NCBI GenBank assembly: GCA_963768575.1
Contig: CAVYIJ010000001.1
Location: 9,106-73,105 of the forward strand
Source: an uncultured Halobacteria archaeon
Lineage (GTDB): Bacteria; Pseudomonadota; Gammaproteobacteria; UBA9214
Reading direction: 5' to 3'
DNA: 64,000 nucleotides
Below are positions 1 to 9,700 of the stretch, piece by piece. Under the pieces are notes generated by a model, which did no database searches, had not been told where the DNA came from, and saw nothing but the letters and a program-made list of their open reading frames with translations. Made by a program: the position numbers and the translations under genes. Positions within the stretch are counted from its first letter, which is position 1; each line of letters opens with the position of its first letter.

Positions 1-1964
1 GCATTGCTGGGTTCGTCCATGACCAGTACGGGCGGATCCCGCAACAAGGCTCTCGCAACCGCAATACTTTGCCGTTGACCGCCTGAAAGTTGTTCGCCGC
101 GTTCGCCGACCTGCAGGTCGAAACCGGACGGATGTCGATTGACGAAGTCCGTCACGCCGGCAATGGATGCCGCTTCCAGCACGGTGTTGTTATTTTCATG
201 CGGGGAGCTCATCAGGATATTGTCCTTCACTGTGCCGTAAAACAGATAGGTGTCCTGCGGCACATACCCGATGTTTCTGCGCAGGTCAGTGGGGTCGAGT
301 TGCCTGATGTCGGCGCCATCCATCAATACCGACCCGGAATCCGGTTCATACAAACCGAGAATCATGCGCTCGATGGTGCTTTTTCCGGAGCCGATACGCC
401 CGATGATTGCCGTATGTTCTCCGGGCTTGATGCTGAATGACACACCATCCAGTGCTTCGACTGACTGTCCCGGGTAGGCAAATGTCACCTTTCTGAATTC
501 AATGTGTCCCTTGAGGACGGGGCGGTCGAGGAATTCCTTGTCGGCGGGACGCTCGACCGGTGCATTCATGATTGCATCCGTCGATGCATAGGCGGTACGC
601 GCCTGGTGGTAGCGCGTCAGCGTCCCGGCTAACTGACCAAGGGGCGCCAGCGCGCGACCGGTCAGGATCGTCGATGCAATAAGTCCGCCCATGCTCAGCT
701 CGCCTTCGGCAATCAAATACACTCCGAAAATGACAACGGCGACTGTTGCAACCTGTTGCAGGAACTGGGTGATGTTCACGGCACTGGATGACAGGAAGCG
801 TGTCTTCATGCTCAGCTGGGCAATGATCCCGGTAAGCTGCTCCCAACGTCTTTGCGTCGCACCTTCCGCACCCAGGCTCTTTACGGTTTCGAGACCGGTC
901 AGCACCTCGATCAGCGTTGCCTGTTTTTGCGATGAGTGTTGAAGCAGGGCATCGACCCTGGCGGCGAGCGCGCGCTGTATTGCGAGACCGGCAAGCAGTG
1001 ACAGCGGCAGGACTGTCAGCGGGACCAGTGCCAGTGGCCCGCCGAGCAGCCAGATAATGAAAATGAACAGAAAAACGAATGGCAGGTCGATTAATGAGGT
1101 CAGCGTAGCCGAGGTGAAAAATTCGCGGAAACTGTCGAATTCATGAAGGTTGTTTGCATAGGCGCCTACGGATGCAGGCCGTGCCGACATCCTGACGCCC
1201 AGAACGCGCTCAAACACCATGGCGGAAAGGATGATATCCGCGCGCTTGCCGGCGACATCGAGGAAGTAGCCGCGCAGGGTGCGCATGAACAAATCGAAGA
1301 TGAATACAATGATGACACCTATGCCGAGTACCCAGAGTGTTTCGATGGCATGGTTCGGCACCACCCGGTCGTAAACATTCATGATAAATAACGGTGAGGC
1401 GAGGGCGAACAGGTTGATCAGCAGCGCGGCAAGCATGACTTCGCTGTAAATGGGCCAGGACTCCAGGAAGGTATCCCTGAACCAGTGCTGCGGGCGGGTG
1501 ATGACCGCATCCTTTACCCGTTTGTCGAACTGGTAACTTTCCTGCACAAAGATCGCAAAACCGGAGTAATCGGCAGCGATCGTGTCCAGTGGTACTGTAC
1601 TCACGCCATCACCGCTGTCGGGGAAAATAATGCGCACGCTATCGTCGTCGTTAACGAGGTCAAGAACGCACGCACGTCCCTCGGTAAGCAACAAAACAGC
1701 CGGCAGAACGAGGTTGGAGATCTTTTCGAGCGGCCGCTTGACGACCCTGGCCGACATGCCGGTCCGCCGGGCTGCCCGTATGAACAGTTCGGGTGTCAGC
1801 CGGTTGTTGACCAGTGGCAATCCAGCTGTCAGTGCATCACTGGTGGTCGGATTATGCTGAATCCTGCACAGCGTCAACAGGCACCCCAGCAACGGGTCAT
1901 CCTGGGTGCTGGCGTCACCCGGGACCTCCCATTGCATGCTGGTTGCGTTTTCCTGTGCAGTCAT
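1..1964 (-). CDS. lapB: Type I secretion ABC transporter, LapB/HlyB family (N-terminal C39-like domain + TMD + NBD); the C-terminal end lies beyond the window's left edge
   Basis: Reverse-strand translation from ATG at 1964 gives MTAQENATSMQWEV..., six TM segments, a Walker A motif GRIGSGKST and the ABC signature LSGGQRQSIAVARALL followed by VLVMDEP at the window edge. It sits next to lapD/lapG/lapA. Confidence 0.85.
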   Translation of the reverse strand, partial: MTAQENATSMQWEVPGDASTQDDPLLGCLLTLCRIQHNPTTSDALTAGLPLVNNRLTPELFIRAARRTGMSARVVKRPLEKISNLVLPAVLLLTEGRACVLDLVNDDDSVRIIFPDSGDGVSTVPLDTIAADYSGFAIFVQESYQFDKRVKDAVITRPQHWFRDTFLESWPIYSEVMLAALLINLFALASPLFIMNVYDRVVPNHAIETLWVLGIGVIIVFIFDLFMRTLRGYFLDVAGKRADIILSAMVFERVLGVRMSARPASVGAYANNLHEFDSFREFFTSATLTSLIDLPFVFLFIFIIWLLGGPLALVPLTVLPLSLLAGLAIQRALAARVDALLQHSSQKQATLIEVLTGLETVKSLGAEGATQRRWEQLTGIIAQLSMKTRFLSSSAVNITQFLQQVATVAVVIFGVYLIAEGELSMGGLIASTILTGRALAPLGQLAGTLTRYHQARTAYASTDAIMNAPVERPADKEFLDRPVLKGHIEFRKVTFAYPGQSVEALDGVSFSIKPGEHTAIIGRIGSGKSTIERMILGLYEPDSGSVLMDGADIRQLDPTDLRRNIGYVPQDTYLFYGTVKDNILMSSPHENNNTVLEAASIAGVTDFVNRHPSGFDLQVGERGEQLSGGQRQSIAVARALLRDPPVLVMDEPSN

Positions 1965-2171
1965 AAGCCCGTCGAGCTCTCCGGAAGATAGTAGAAGATA
2001 CAATAAGATACTGTTTAAAGATAAGGTCTTTCACAGAAATCAGGCCGGTTTTACCGGTTCCTCGGAATGCATCGGCAATACAGCGCAGGAAATTGAATTT
2101 ACTGCCAATGCAATTTATTGATTTACAGCAGTTTAAAGCAATAACTCGCGCAAGCCGATGGGGTTGGTGTT

Positions 2172-2492
2172 ATGCCGTATGTAATCAGAGATGCCGACGG
2201 GCGTATCGTCGGGCTTGCCGATCAATCTCCGGCCGGCCCTGCCGAGGAGATGACACTTTCCGATCCGGAGGTGCAGGCGTTTTTGCGTGCAGCCAGGGCG
2301 CAATTGTCATCCTCGGATGCAGAGACCATTCGTGTCATCGAAGACCTGGTTGACGTTTTGATACAGAAGAAACTCATCCTGCCGACCGACCTGCCGGTCG
2401 CTGCACAGCAAAAACTCTCGGAACGCCAGCGCATGCGCAGTGAACTCAATGTGCTGGATAATCTCATGGTCGGCGAAGACGACATACTCTAG
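2172..2492 (+). CDS. Hypothetical protein, 106 aa
   Basis: ATG at 2172 preceded by GGGGTTGGTG; protein-like composition; convergent with lapD. No family recognised. Confidence 0.45.
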   Translation: MPYVIRDADGRIVGLADQSPAGPAEEMTLSDPEVQAFLRAARAQLSSSDAETIRVIEDLVDVLIQKKLILPTDLPVAAQQKLSERQRMRSELNVLDNLMVGEDDIL

Positions 2493-2536
2493 CGGGCTGA
2501 TGAAAAAGACCGCTTGCGGAATGCGCCCGCGGCGCG

Positions 2537-4507
2537 CTACTGAACGGCGCCGGTCAATGGCAGGGGTTTGCCGGTCAGATAACCCTGGATACCATCTACA
2601 TTGAGTGATTCGAGCATTTTACGTTCTGCGGGCGTCGCCACGGCCTGTGCAATCACCTTCACGTCGACACTGTGTGCAGTTTCTGTCAGTGCCTTGAGGA
2701 GAAACTGCTTGTCTTTGTCCGTGTCGATATTGCGTGTATAACTGCTGTCAACTTTCAGGTACTGTATCATCAGTGTTCGAAGATAGCCGAACGAATAAAA
2801 GCCGCTGCCAAAATGATCGATGCCGCAACGGCATCCCAGCGAGCCGAGCCGATCGACCAGGTTGCGGACATTCTGCATATTCATCATGGCTGCATACTCC
2901 GGGAATTCAATCAGCAAACGCCTCGCGAGAGACGAATGACTCTCCAGTTGACCGCATAGCCACTGGATAAATACGGCATCGTGGAGTGCGCCTGCAGACA
3001 GGTTAAAGGCGTATTTATCTGTACCATTGTCTTCACGGAGAAGCTCCAGCAGTCTTTTCGAAAAAAGCTTGTCCAGGCGGGATGACAGCTCCAGCCGTTC
3101 CGCCATCGGCATGAAAATGCCTGCCGCAATACCATTGCCGTTACTATCGGGAATCCTCGAGAGGATCTCCCTGTGGATGACGGATTTCGCGAATTTTCCC
3201 GTACCGTAGACTGGTTGTGCTTCAAGTATCACCTGTTCTGAATCAAGTACCTCGCGCAGTCGGGCGCGCCAGTGTTCCATGCCGAATATCCCGGACTGGT
3301 TTGCTGCGGGCGGGTTGAAATGTTGCCAGGTGTTGTGACCGGATGCCTGTGCAGCCCGTAACGCGGTGTCTGCCTCGGACAGCAATTCCGGGAGAGTCGT
3401 GCCGTGTTGCCACATGGCTACGCCGATATGCCCGATTTCGTTGGTTGTGACGAGTCCGTCTGCGCGGAGCTGGAAGAGTTCGCGGCACAGTGTCGCCGCG
3501 AGTGCATCGGCGCTTTCGTAGGCAAGGCCCGGAGCCACTATGCCGAAACTTGCTCCCGAGATTCTCGCCGCAACACAATGATCCAGGTCGTGGATCTGTG
3601 CCGTGATCAGCTCTGCTGTTCTGTGCAGAACTGCATCACCGGTAACGAAACCCGATCTTTCGTTGACCCGGGTGAAGTCGTGCAGCTCGAGTATTAACAA
3701 TGCGCCCTGTGTCGGGTCGTCGTTGCGCGAGAGCAGGGTTTCCATTCGGGAGTTGAAGAAACGCCGGTTTCCAAGTTCTGTCAATGTATCGCGGTAGGCC
3801 AGGTCACGCAGCTTCTCGGTCTGCGCCGATTGTTCGGAAAAGAATTTACCTACTTTCTCGGACAACCGGTTCATTGCAATGACGACACGCCGTAATTCGC
3901 GCGTACGCGGCAATGCGCGCTGTACTTCGTAATTCCTGTTACAGATGGCACTGGCCTGTAATTCAACCTTGCGCAGTGGCTGCAACAATACCCTCAGTGT
4001 AAAAAGGCCGATTATCAGCAATACAGTCGCGCAAGCCAGGAACAGCCAGAAGGTTTCGGTTGTATTTGCCCATAATTCCTGATTTGCGTTACCGGGATTA
4101 CTGGTGACGTGTATGCTGCCGGCCTGTTTCCAGCCGGCCATCACCAGCGCCTCTGCCACCGGCGCCTGCAACGAGACTGCGTCGATAAACCATTGCGGAA
4201 CGCTGTTTCCGGCGCTGGGGATCGACTTCTCCACCAGCGTTTCGCCGCTGATGGACAGCAATACGATTCTCTTGTAATCCCCGCGGTCGAAAATTGCATC
4301 GATCATGGTTTTGATGACTGAAAGGTCATTAGTCTGCATATGGGGTGATATTGACAAACCCAGCGAGGTTGCAGTGTCCTGGGCATGCGCGCCCAGCTGG
4401 GAGGAGAGGAACTGCTTCAGGTTGCCGGTGCTTATGTACACGGTACCGGTGAAGCAGATTACAAACAGGATGACAATGCTTGCTGATATCTGTTTGTATA
4501 GTGTCAT
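2537..4507 (-). CDS. lapD: LapD-like inner-membrane c-di-GMP receptor (periplasmic LapD/MoxY_N-like domain, HAMP, degenerate GGDEF, degenerate EAL)
   Basis: 656 aa. It has an N-terminal TM, a periplasmic segment, a second TM, an HAMP-like helix, a GGDEF-like region lacking the GGDEF motif (RISGASFGIV), and an EAL-like C-terminus lacking the catalytic EAL motif. It lies immediately downstream of lapG. Confidence 0.85.
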   Translation of the reverse strand: MTLYKQISASIVILFVICFTGTVYISTGNLKQFLSSQLGAHAQDTATSLGLSISPHMQTNDLSVIKTMIDAIFDRGDYKRIVLLSISGETLVEKSIPSAGNSVPQWFIDAVSLQAPVAEALVMAGWKQAGSIHVTSNPGNANQELWANTTETFWLFLACATVLLIIGLFTLRVLLQPLRKVELQASAICNRNYEVQRALPRTRELRRVVIAMNRLSEKVGKFFSEQSAQTEKLRDLAYRDTLTELGNRRFFNSRMETLLSRNDDPTQGALLILELHDFTRVNERSGFVTGDAVLHRTAELITAQIHDLDHCVAARISGASFGIVAPGLAYESADALAATLCRELFQLRADGLVTTNEIGHIGVAMWQHGTTLPELLSEADTALRAAQASGHNTWQHFNPPAANQSGIFGMEHWRARLREVLDSEQVILEAQPVYGTGKFAKSVIHREILSRIPDSNGNGIAAGIFMPMAERLELSSRLDKLFSKRLLELLREDNGTDKYAFNLSAGALHDAVFIQWLCGQLESHSSLARRLLIEFPEYAAMMNMQNVRNLVDRLGSLGCRCGIDHFGSGFYSFGYLRTLMIQYLKVDSSYTRNIDTDKDKQFLLKALTETAHSVDVKVIAQAVATPAERKMLESLNVDGIQGYLTGKPLPLTGAVQ

Positions 4508-4565
4508 TTATTATTCGTTTCCATGTGACAACGTATGCCGATCGTTGGTTGATTTTATAGTGATT

Positions 4566-5258
4566 CTACGGCATTTGTTCCGTACCGATCCTGGCGACGA
4601 CTTCTTTCCATCGGCTCAGGCGCTCCGGTTTGCCTACATGCTGTTCGTTGCCAGACGCACGCGAGAGCCATAAACCTTCGGCGTTGAAACTGTAAACCGG
4701 CAGCAAATCACTCCGGCTGGATGACGTCATAATCTCGGTGACGAGGTTATCGAGTACCAGCGGGTCTGCGTCAGGTGTCTGGAAGTAAGTTAACACCATA
4801 TGCGCCTGGTTCAACTTCAGGGCCTTTACATAGGTCATGCGCAGGTGGACCGCCGCAATACCCATCTCCCGCAAGGTGAAGTATTTTGCTATTGAGAAAT
4901 CTTCGCAGTCACCGCCATTGGATGCAAGTAGCTGCAGGGGGGTGGCCCAGTAATCTTCCACGCCCCAGTGATCGATATCATTGATGAATTCGACCCGGTT
5001 GAAAAAGGCATTGACGCGCTGAAGTTTTCCCAGGTCGTCGAGTTCCGAGCCTGACTGGATCAGGTCTTGCCATTCCTCGATTCTGGAGCGGGCCAGGCTG
5101 CCGTGTTCTTGCTCGATCGTACCGAGTGCATGCTGGCCGGGGGTAATATCGTCGCGCGCGAACGTGGTTGACATGCAGGTGACGTGCAGAACCATTACGA
5201 TGCAGTATTGCACCCATCTCGCGAGATTTCGTGATGGTAAATCGTTGTGCGCAGACAT
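4566..5258 (-). CDS. lapG: LapG-like periplasmic Ca-dependent cysteine protease (bacterial transglutaminase-like cysteine proteinase, C93)
   Basis: 230 aa with a signal-peptide-like N-terminus and the catalytic-Cys motif GGDCEDFSIAKY typical of LapG. lapG-lapD are arranged as an operon on the minus strand. Confidence 0.85.
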   Translation of the reverse strand: MSAHNDLPSRNLARWVQYCIVMVLHVTCMSTTFARDDITPGQHALGTIEQEHGSLARSRIEEWQDLIQSGSELDDLGKLQRVNAFFNRVEFINDIDHWGVEDYWATPLQLLASNGGDCEDFSIAKYFTLREMGIAAVHLRMTYVKALKLNQAHMVLTYFQTPDADPLVLDNLVTEIMTSSSRSDLLPVYSFNAEGLWLSRASGNEQHVGKPERLSRWKEVVARIGTEQMP

Positions 5259-5451
5259 AAACCATCCAGGCAGGTTTAACAGTGGTTCCCTGGCGGTTTA
5301 TCGGCATATAGGGCCGGTGCTTTGATAATTCGTAGCCGCTGGATAGTGCGCTACACTGGATAAGACAACCTTTACCAGTTGGTACCTAAGTCCAATTGCG
5401 GCACCTTCCGCAAGCCACTAGACTCTATAAAACATATAAAAACAAATAGTT

Positions 5452-5934
5452 ATGAAAAAAATCAGAATAACGCTAGTCTGCGCCGGCAAGGAGGACTACC
5501 CGGGTTGCGCGGACGTCCTGGCAACCTTCCACGAGTTCGAAATCATCGCCCGGCACCACAGCCTGACGACTGCCGGTATCTGGCGCGATCTGTCGAACAG
5601 TGATGTTGTCTTGCTGGATGAATCCGCGGTGATTCAGGATGGCAGCGACAGCGTGCGCGCGGTTCACGAAAGTTTTCCCTTTGCCAGAATCCTCCTGATT
5701 ATTGAAAAATCAAGCAAAAACAAGACAATAGAGGCATTATCCATGGGCATTACCGGGGTCATGGAGCGTGTCAACATGGTCGCCTCTATTCGCAAGGCAA
5801 TCCCTGTGCTGTACTCGGGCGAGACGTGGGTTTCGCGGGGATTGGTCGGTTCACTGCACAGCCAGCTTAAATATGCGGGCGATGACTCGCTGTTCCCGCA
5901 TGCCGCCGTGCGACCTCCGGACATAAAAAACTGA
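5452..5934 (+). CDS. Stand-alone atypical receiver (REC/CheY-like) domain protein
   Basis: 160 aa with a beta1-like KIRITLVCAGKEDY, a VVLLDES segment with an Asp at the phospho-acceptor position, and ILLIIEKSS. The upstream region 5380-5450 is AT-rich; the gene is on the same strand as and directly upstream of the adhesin gene. Confidence 0.5.
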   Translation: MKKIRITLVCAGKEDYPGCADVLATFHEFEIIARHHSLTTAGIWRDLSNSDVVLLDESAVIQDGSDSVRAVHESFPFARILLIIEKSSKNKTIEALSMGITGVMERVNMVASIRKAIPVLYSGETWVSRGLVGSLHSQLKYAGDDSLFPHAAVRPPDIKN

Positions 5935-6046
5935 GTCCTGCGTCGTACTTAAGTCCGATGGACTGCTTTTAAAGGGAATGTAATAGTTGAATCAGGCAGG
6001 CGCGCTCCCTGCCATTTCGATGGTCTCGAACAACAAGGACAACACC

Positions 6047-6700
6047 ATGGCAAGTACACAGATAGGTAGAGTAGAAACGGTTGATGGCAACCTCACCGTG
6101 ACGCAGGCGGGCGGCGCTGCGACACCCTTGCAAGAGGGTATGCCGGTCTACCTGAACGATGTCATCCTTGCCGATGGTAGTGCCCATGCACGTTTGCGCC
6201 TGAATGACGGTTCTGCGCTGGACATCAACCCCGGGCAAGTCATTACGCTGGACGCAAACATATTCGATGCTTCAGGTAGCTACGTACCTGTCACCGACGG
6301 CAGTGTCGCGGTCATCACTTTGAGCGGAATCGGTGTTGTCAGCCACGTGGAAGGCAAGGTGCAGGTTTTACGGGATGGTCAGCCGCGCGAGCTGGTGGTG
6401 GGCGATACCCTGTACCCGGGGGACATCATCCAGACCGGCACTGATGGCGCCGCGACCATTCGTTTGCCGGATGGCACTGACTCCGATATCGGACCGGGTA
6501 TTCAGGCCAGGCTGGGTGCCGGTCCGCTCCCGTCAAGTGAAAGTGATTTTCTCTCCAGCGGTATAGAGGATCCGGCCGAGATCCAGGCGGCGATCCTGGC
6601 AGGCCGTGACCCGTCACAGGACGCACCTGCCCCCGGTACCGGCGAGACGGCGGGCAACGAGGGACATACGCACATCCGCATTCTTCCTTCCGATCGGGCA
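6047..6700 (+). other. N-terminal retention module of the LapA-like adhesin, including the region homologous to the LapG processing site
   Basis: Sequence ...EIQAAILAGRDPSQDAPAPGTGETAGNEGHTH... aligns to Pseudomonas fluorescens LapA ...QQAIAAGADPTQDLEATAAGPSAGGGG... Confidence 0.6.
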
Positions 6701-9700
6701 GTCACTCCGGAAAGTGGACACGATACCCACGGGCAGTCACTGCCTATCCAGCCCCTTATCGAGGAACTGCTCCAGACCGAGGACTCCATACCCGTTATCG
6801 ACGTCACCTATGTAACCGGTGAACCGGGCGTGGTGGATGAAGCCGGCCTGCCGAATGGTTCGAGCAGCAACGACGGTTCCACCATCACAAGCGGTGCTTT
6901 CACGATCGACACGGGCAACGACAACATCGCCGGCCTGGAAGTACAGGACAAGGACGGTAACTGGATTGACGTAACAGCCGGCAACGTAATGGTGCAGGGC
7001 GTGAACGGAGTGCTGACGGTCACGGGCACTGGTGGTAACTACCAGTGGACGTATGAGCTGACGAACAACCTGACGACACATGCGGATAACGATACGCAGG
7101 ACGGCGACAGCGACCGGGGCACGGCAGACCAGGTGCCAGGCGAAGCGTTCGATGTGCGGGTTATTGATGATGACGGCGATATTTCCCCGCCGGCCACGAT
7201 TGATATCGTTGTCAACGATGACGGACCGACGGCGGTGGACGACACGAACGCGCTGGCCGAGGGGACGGTGGCGCCGGTGACGGGGGATGTGCTGCTCAAT
7301 GACACGACGGGAGCGGACGTACCGGCGGCGTTTGTGGACTGGGCGAGCACGGCGGCGAGCTACGGCACGTTTTCGGACACGGGCAACGGCAGCTACAGTT
7401 ATGTGCTGGACAACACCAATCCACTGGTGCAGGGGCTGGACGTTGGCGAGTCGCTGACGGAGACGTTTGATTACACCATGGTGGACGCGGACGGGGACAC
7501 CAGTCCGGCGACGCTGACGATCACCATCAACGGGGCCGATGACATTCCGACGATCGTGGTGGACCCGGGTAATCCGGGTGGCGCCAACGACCAGGTGTTC
7601 GAGGAAGCGCTGTCGCCGGACGGCAGCAACCCGGCCTCGAACGGCGAGTTTGCGACGGGCACGATCACGCTGGCGGATGCCGATGGTCTGGACGACCTGG
7701 TCTCGGTGACGATCAACGGCACCACGGTGGCGCTGGGCAGCCTGGCGGGTTCGGTCTTTGCGGGCACGAACGGCACGCTGACGGTGACGGCCTACGACGC
7801 GCTCACGGGAGTGGCCACGTACAGCTACGAGTTGACGGCGCCGGCCACGGATGTGGCGGGCATCGAGAGCGATGACTTTACGCTGACGGTGTCCGACGGC
7901 AGTACGGACTCGGCGCCGGTGAGCATCGTGATCGAGATTATCGATGATGTGCCGACGGCGGTGGACGACACGAACGCGCTGGCCGAGGGGACGGTGGCGC
8001 CGGTGACGGGGGATGTGCTGCTCAATGACACGACGGGAGCGGACGTACCGGCGGCGTTTGTGGACTGGGCGAGCACGGCGGCGAGCTACGGCACGTTTAC
8101 GGACACGGGCAACGGCAGCTACAGTTATGTGCTGGACAACACCGACCCGCTGGTGCAGGGGCTGGACGTTGGCGAGTCGCTGACGGAGACGTTTGATTAC
8201 ACCATGGTGGACGCGGACGGGGACACCAGTCCGGCGACGCTGACGATCACCATCAACGGGGCCGATGACATTCCGACGATCGTGGTGGACCCGGGTAATC
8301 CGGGTGGCGCCAACGACCAGGTGTTGGAGGAAGCGCTGTCGCCGGACGGCAGCAACCCGGCCTCGAACGGCGAGTTTGCGACGGGCACGTTCACGCTGGC
8401 GGATGCCGATGGTCTGGACGACCTGGTCTCGGTGACGATCAACGGCACCACGGTGGCGCTGGGCAGCCTGGCGGGTTCGGTCTTTGCGGGCACGAACGGC
8501 ACGCTGACGGTGACGGCCTACGATGCGCTCACGGGAGTGGCCACGTACAGCTACGAGCTGACGGCGCCGGCCACGGACGTGGCGGGCATCGAGAGCGATG
8601 ACTTTACGCTGACGGTGTCGGACGGCACCACGGACTCGGCGCCGGCGAGCATCGTGATCGAGATTATCGATGATGTGCCGACGGCGGTGGACGACACGAA
8701 CGCACTGGCCGAGGGGACGGTGGCGCCGGTGACGGGCGATGTGCTGGCCAATGACGTCAGCGGTGCGGACGTACCGGCGGCGTTTGTGAGCTTTGCGAGC
8801 ACGGCGGCGAGTTACGGCACGTTCACGGACACGGGCAACGGGACCTACAGTTACCTGCTGGACAACACCGACCCGCGGGTGCAGGGGCTGGACGTGGGCG
8901 AGTCGCTGACGGAGACGTTTGCTTACACCATGGTGGACGCGGACGGCGACACCAGTCCGGCGACGCTGACGATCACCATCAACGGGGCCGATGACATTCC
9001 GACGATCGTGGTGGACCCGGGCAATCCGGGTGGTGCCAACGACCAGGTGTTGGAGGAAGCGCTGTCGCCGGACGGCAGCAACCCGGCCTCGAACGGCGAG
9101 TTTGCGACGGGCACCTTTACGCTGGCGGATGCCGATGGTCTGGACGACCTGGTCTCGGTGACGATCAACGGCACCACGGTGGCGCTGGGCAGCCTGGCGG
9201 GTTCGGTCTTTGCGGGCACGAACGGCACGCTGACGGTGACGGCCTACGATGCGCTCACGGGAGTGGCCACGTACAGCTACGAGTTGACGGCGCCGGCCAC
9301 GGATGTGGCGGGCATCGAGAGTGATGACTTTACGCTGACGGTGTCCGACGGCAGTACGGACTCGGCGCCGGTGAGCATCGTGATCGAGATTATCGATGAT
9401 GTGCCGACGGTATCGGGCGCTAATCTCGGCGAATTCGATGAAGGCAGCGGGCCGCAAATAATCGGCCCGGTCGAGACGGTATTGAATATTACGCCGGGTG
9501 CCGACGGTCTGCAGAGCATTACCTTCACCAGCCTCAATTCACTCGGCGGGACACTCGAAGTCATCAATGGCCAGCTGGTGTATACACCCCCCGCGGATGT
9601 CGATAACGGGGATAGCGGCACCGATCTGCAGCTCGAAACCTTCCAGGTGACGGTGACTGACGGGGATGGCGATATCGCGGTATCGCAGGTGTCTGTCGAG

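Noticed and set aside
90-477. Plus-strand ORFs (116 aa, 75 aa) at the window start
   Set aside because: They are antisense to the well-supported LapB ABC transporter gene.
4305-4673. 122-aa plus-strand ORF spanning the lapD/lapG junction
   Set aside because: It overlaps two strongly supported minus-strand genes and has no ribosome-binding site or homology.
7223-9400. Possible CRISPR array, given the regular tandem repetition
   Set aside because: Units are 726 bp and protein-coding with no short repeat-spacer structure. It is an intragenic tandem duplication, not CRISPR.
6737-9457. 906-aa Arg-rich ORF on the minus strand
   Set aside because: It is antisense to the LapA-like adhesin repeats. 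The Arg/His-rich low-complexity translation is typical of a shadow ORF in GC-rich repetitive coding DNA. It has no independent start context.
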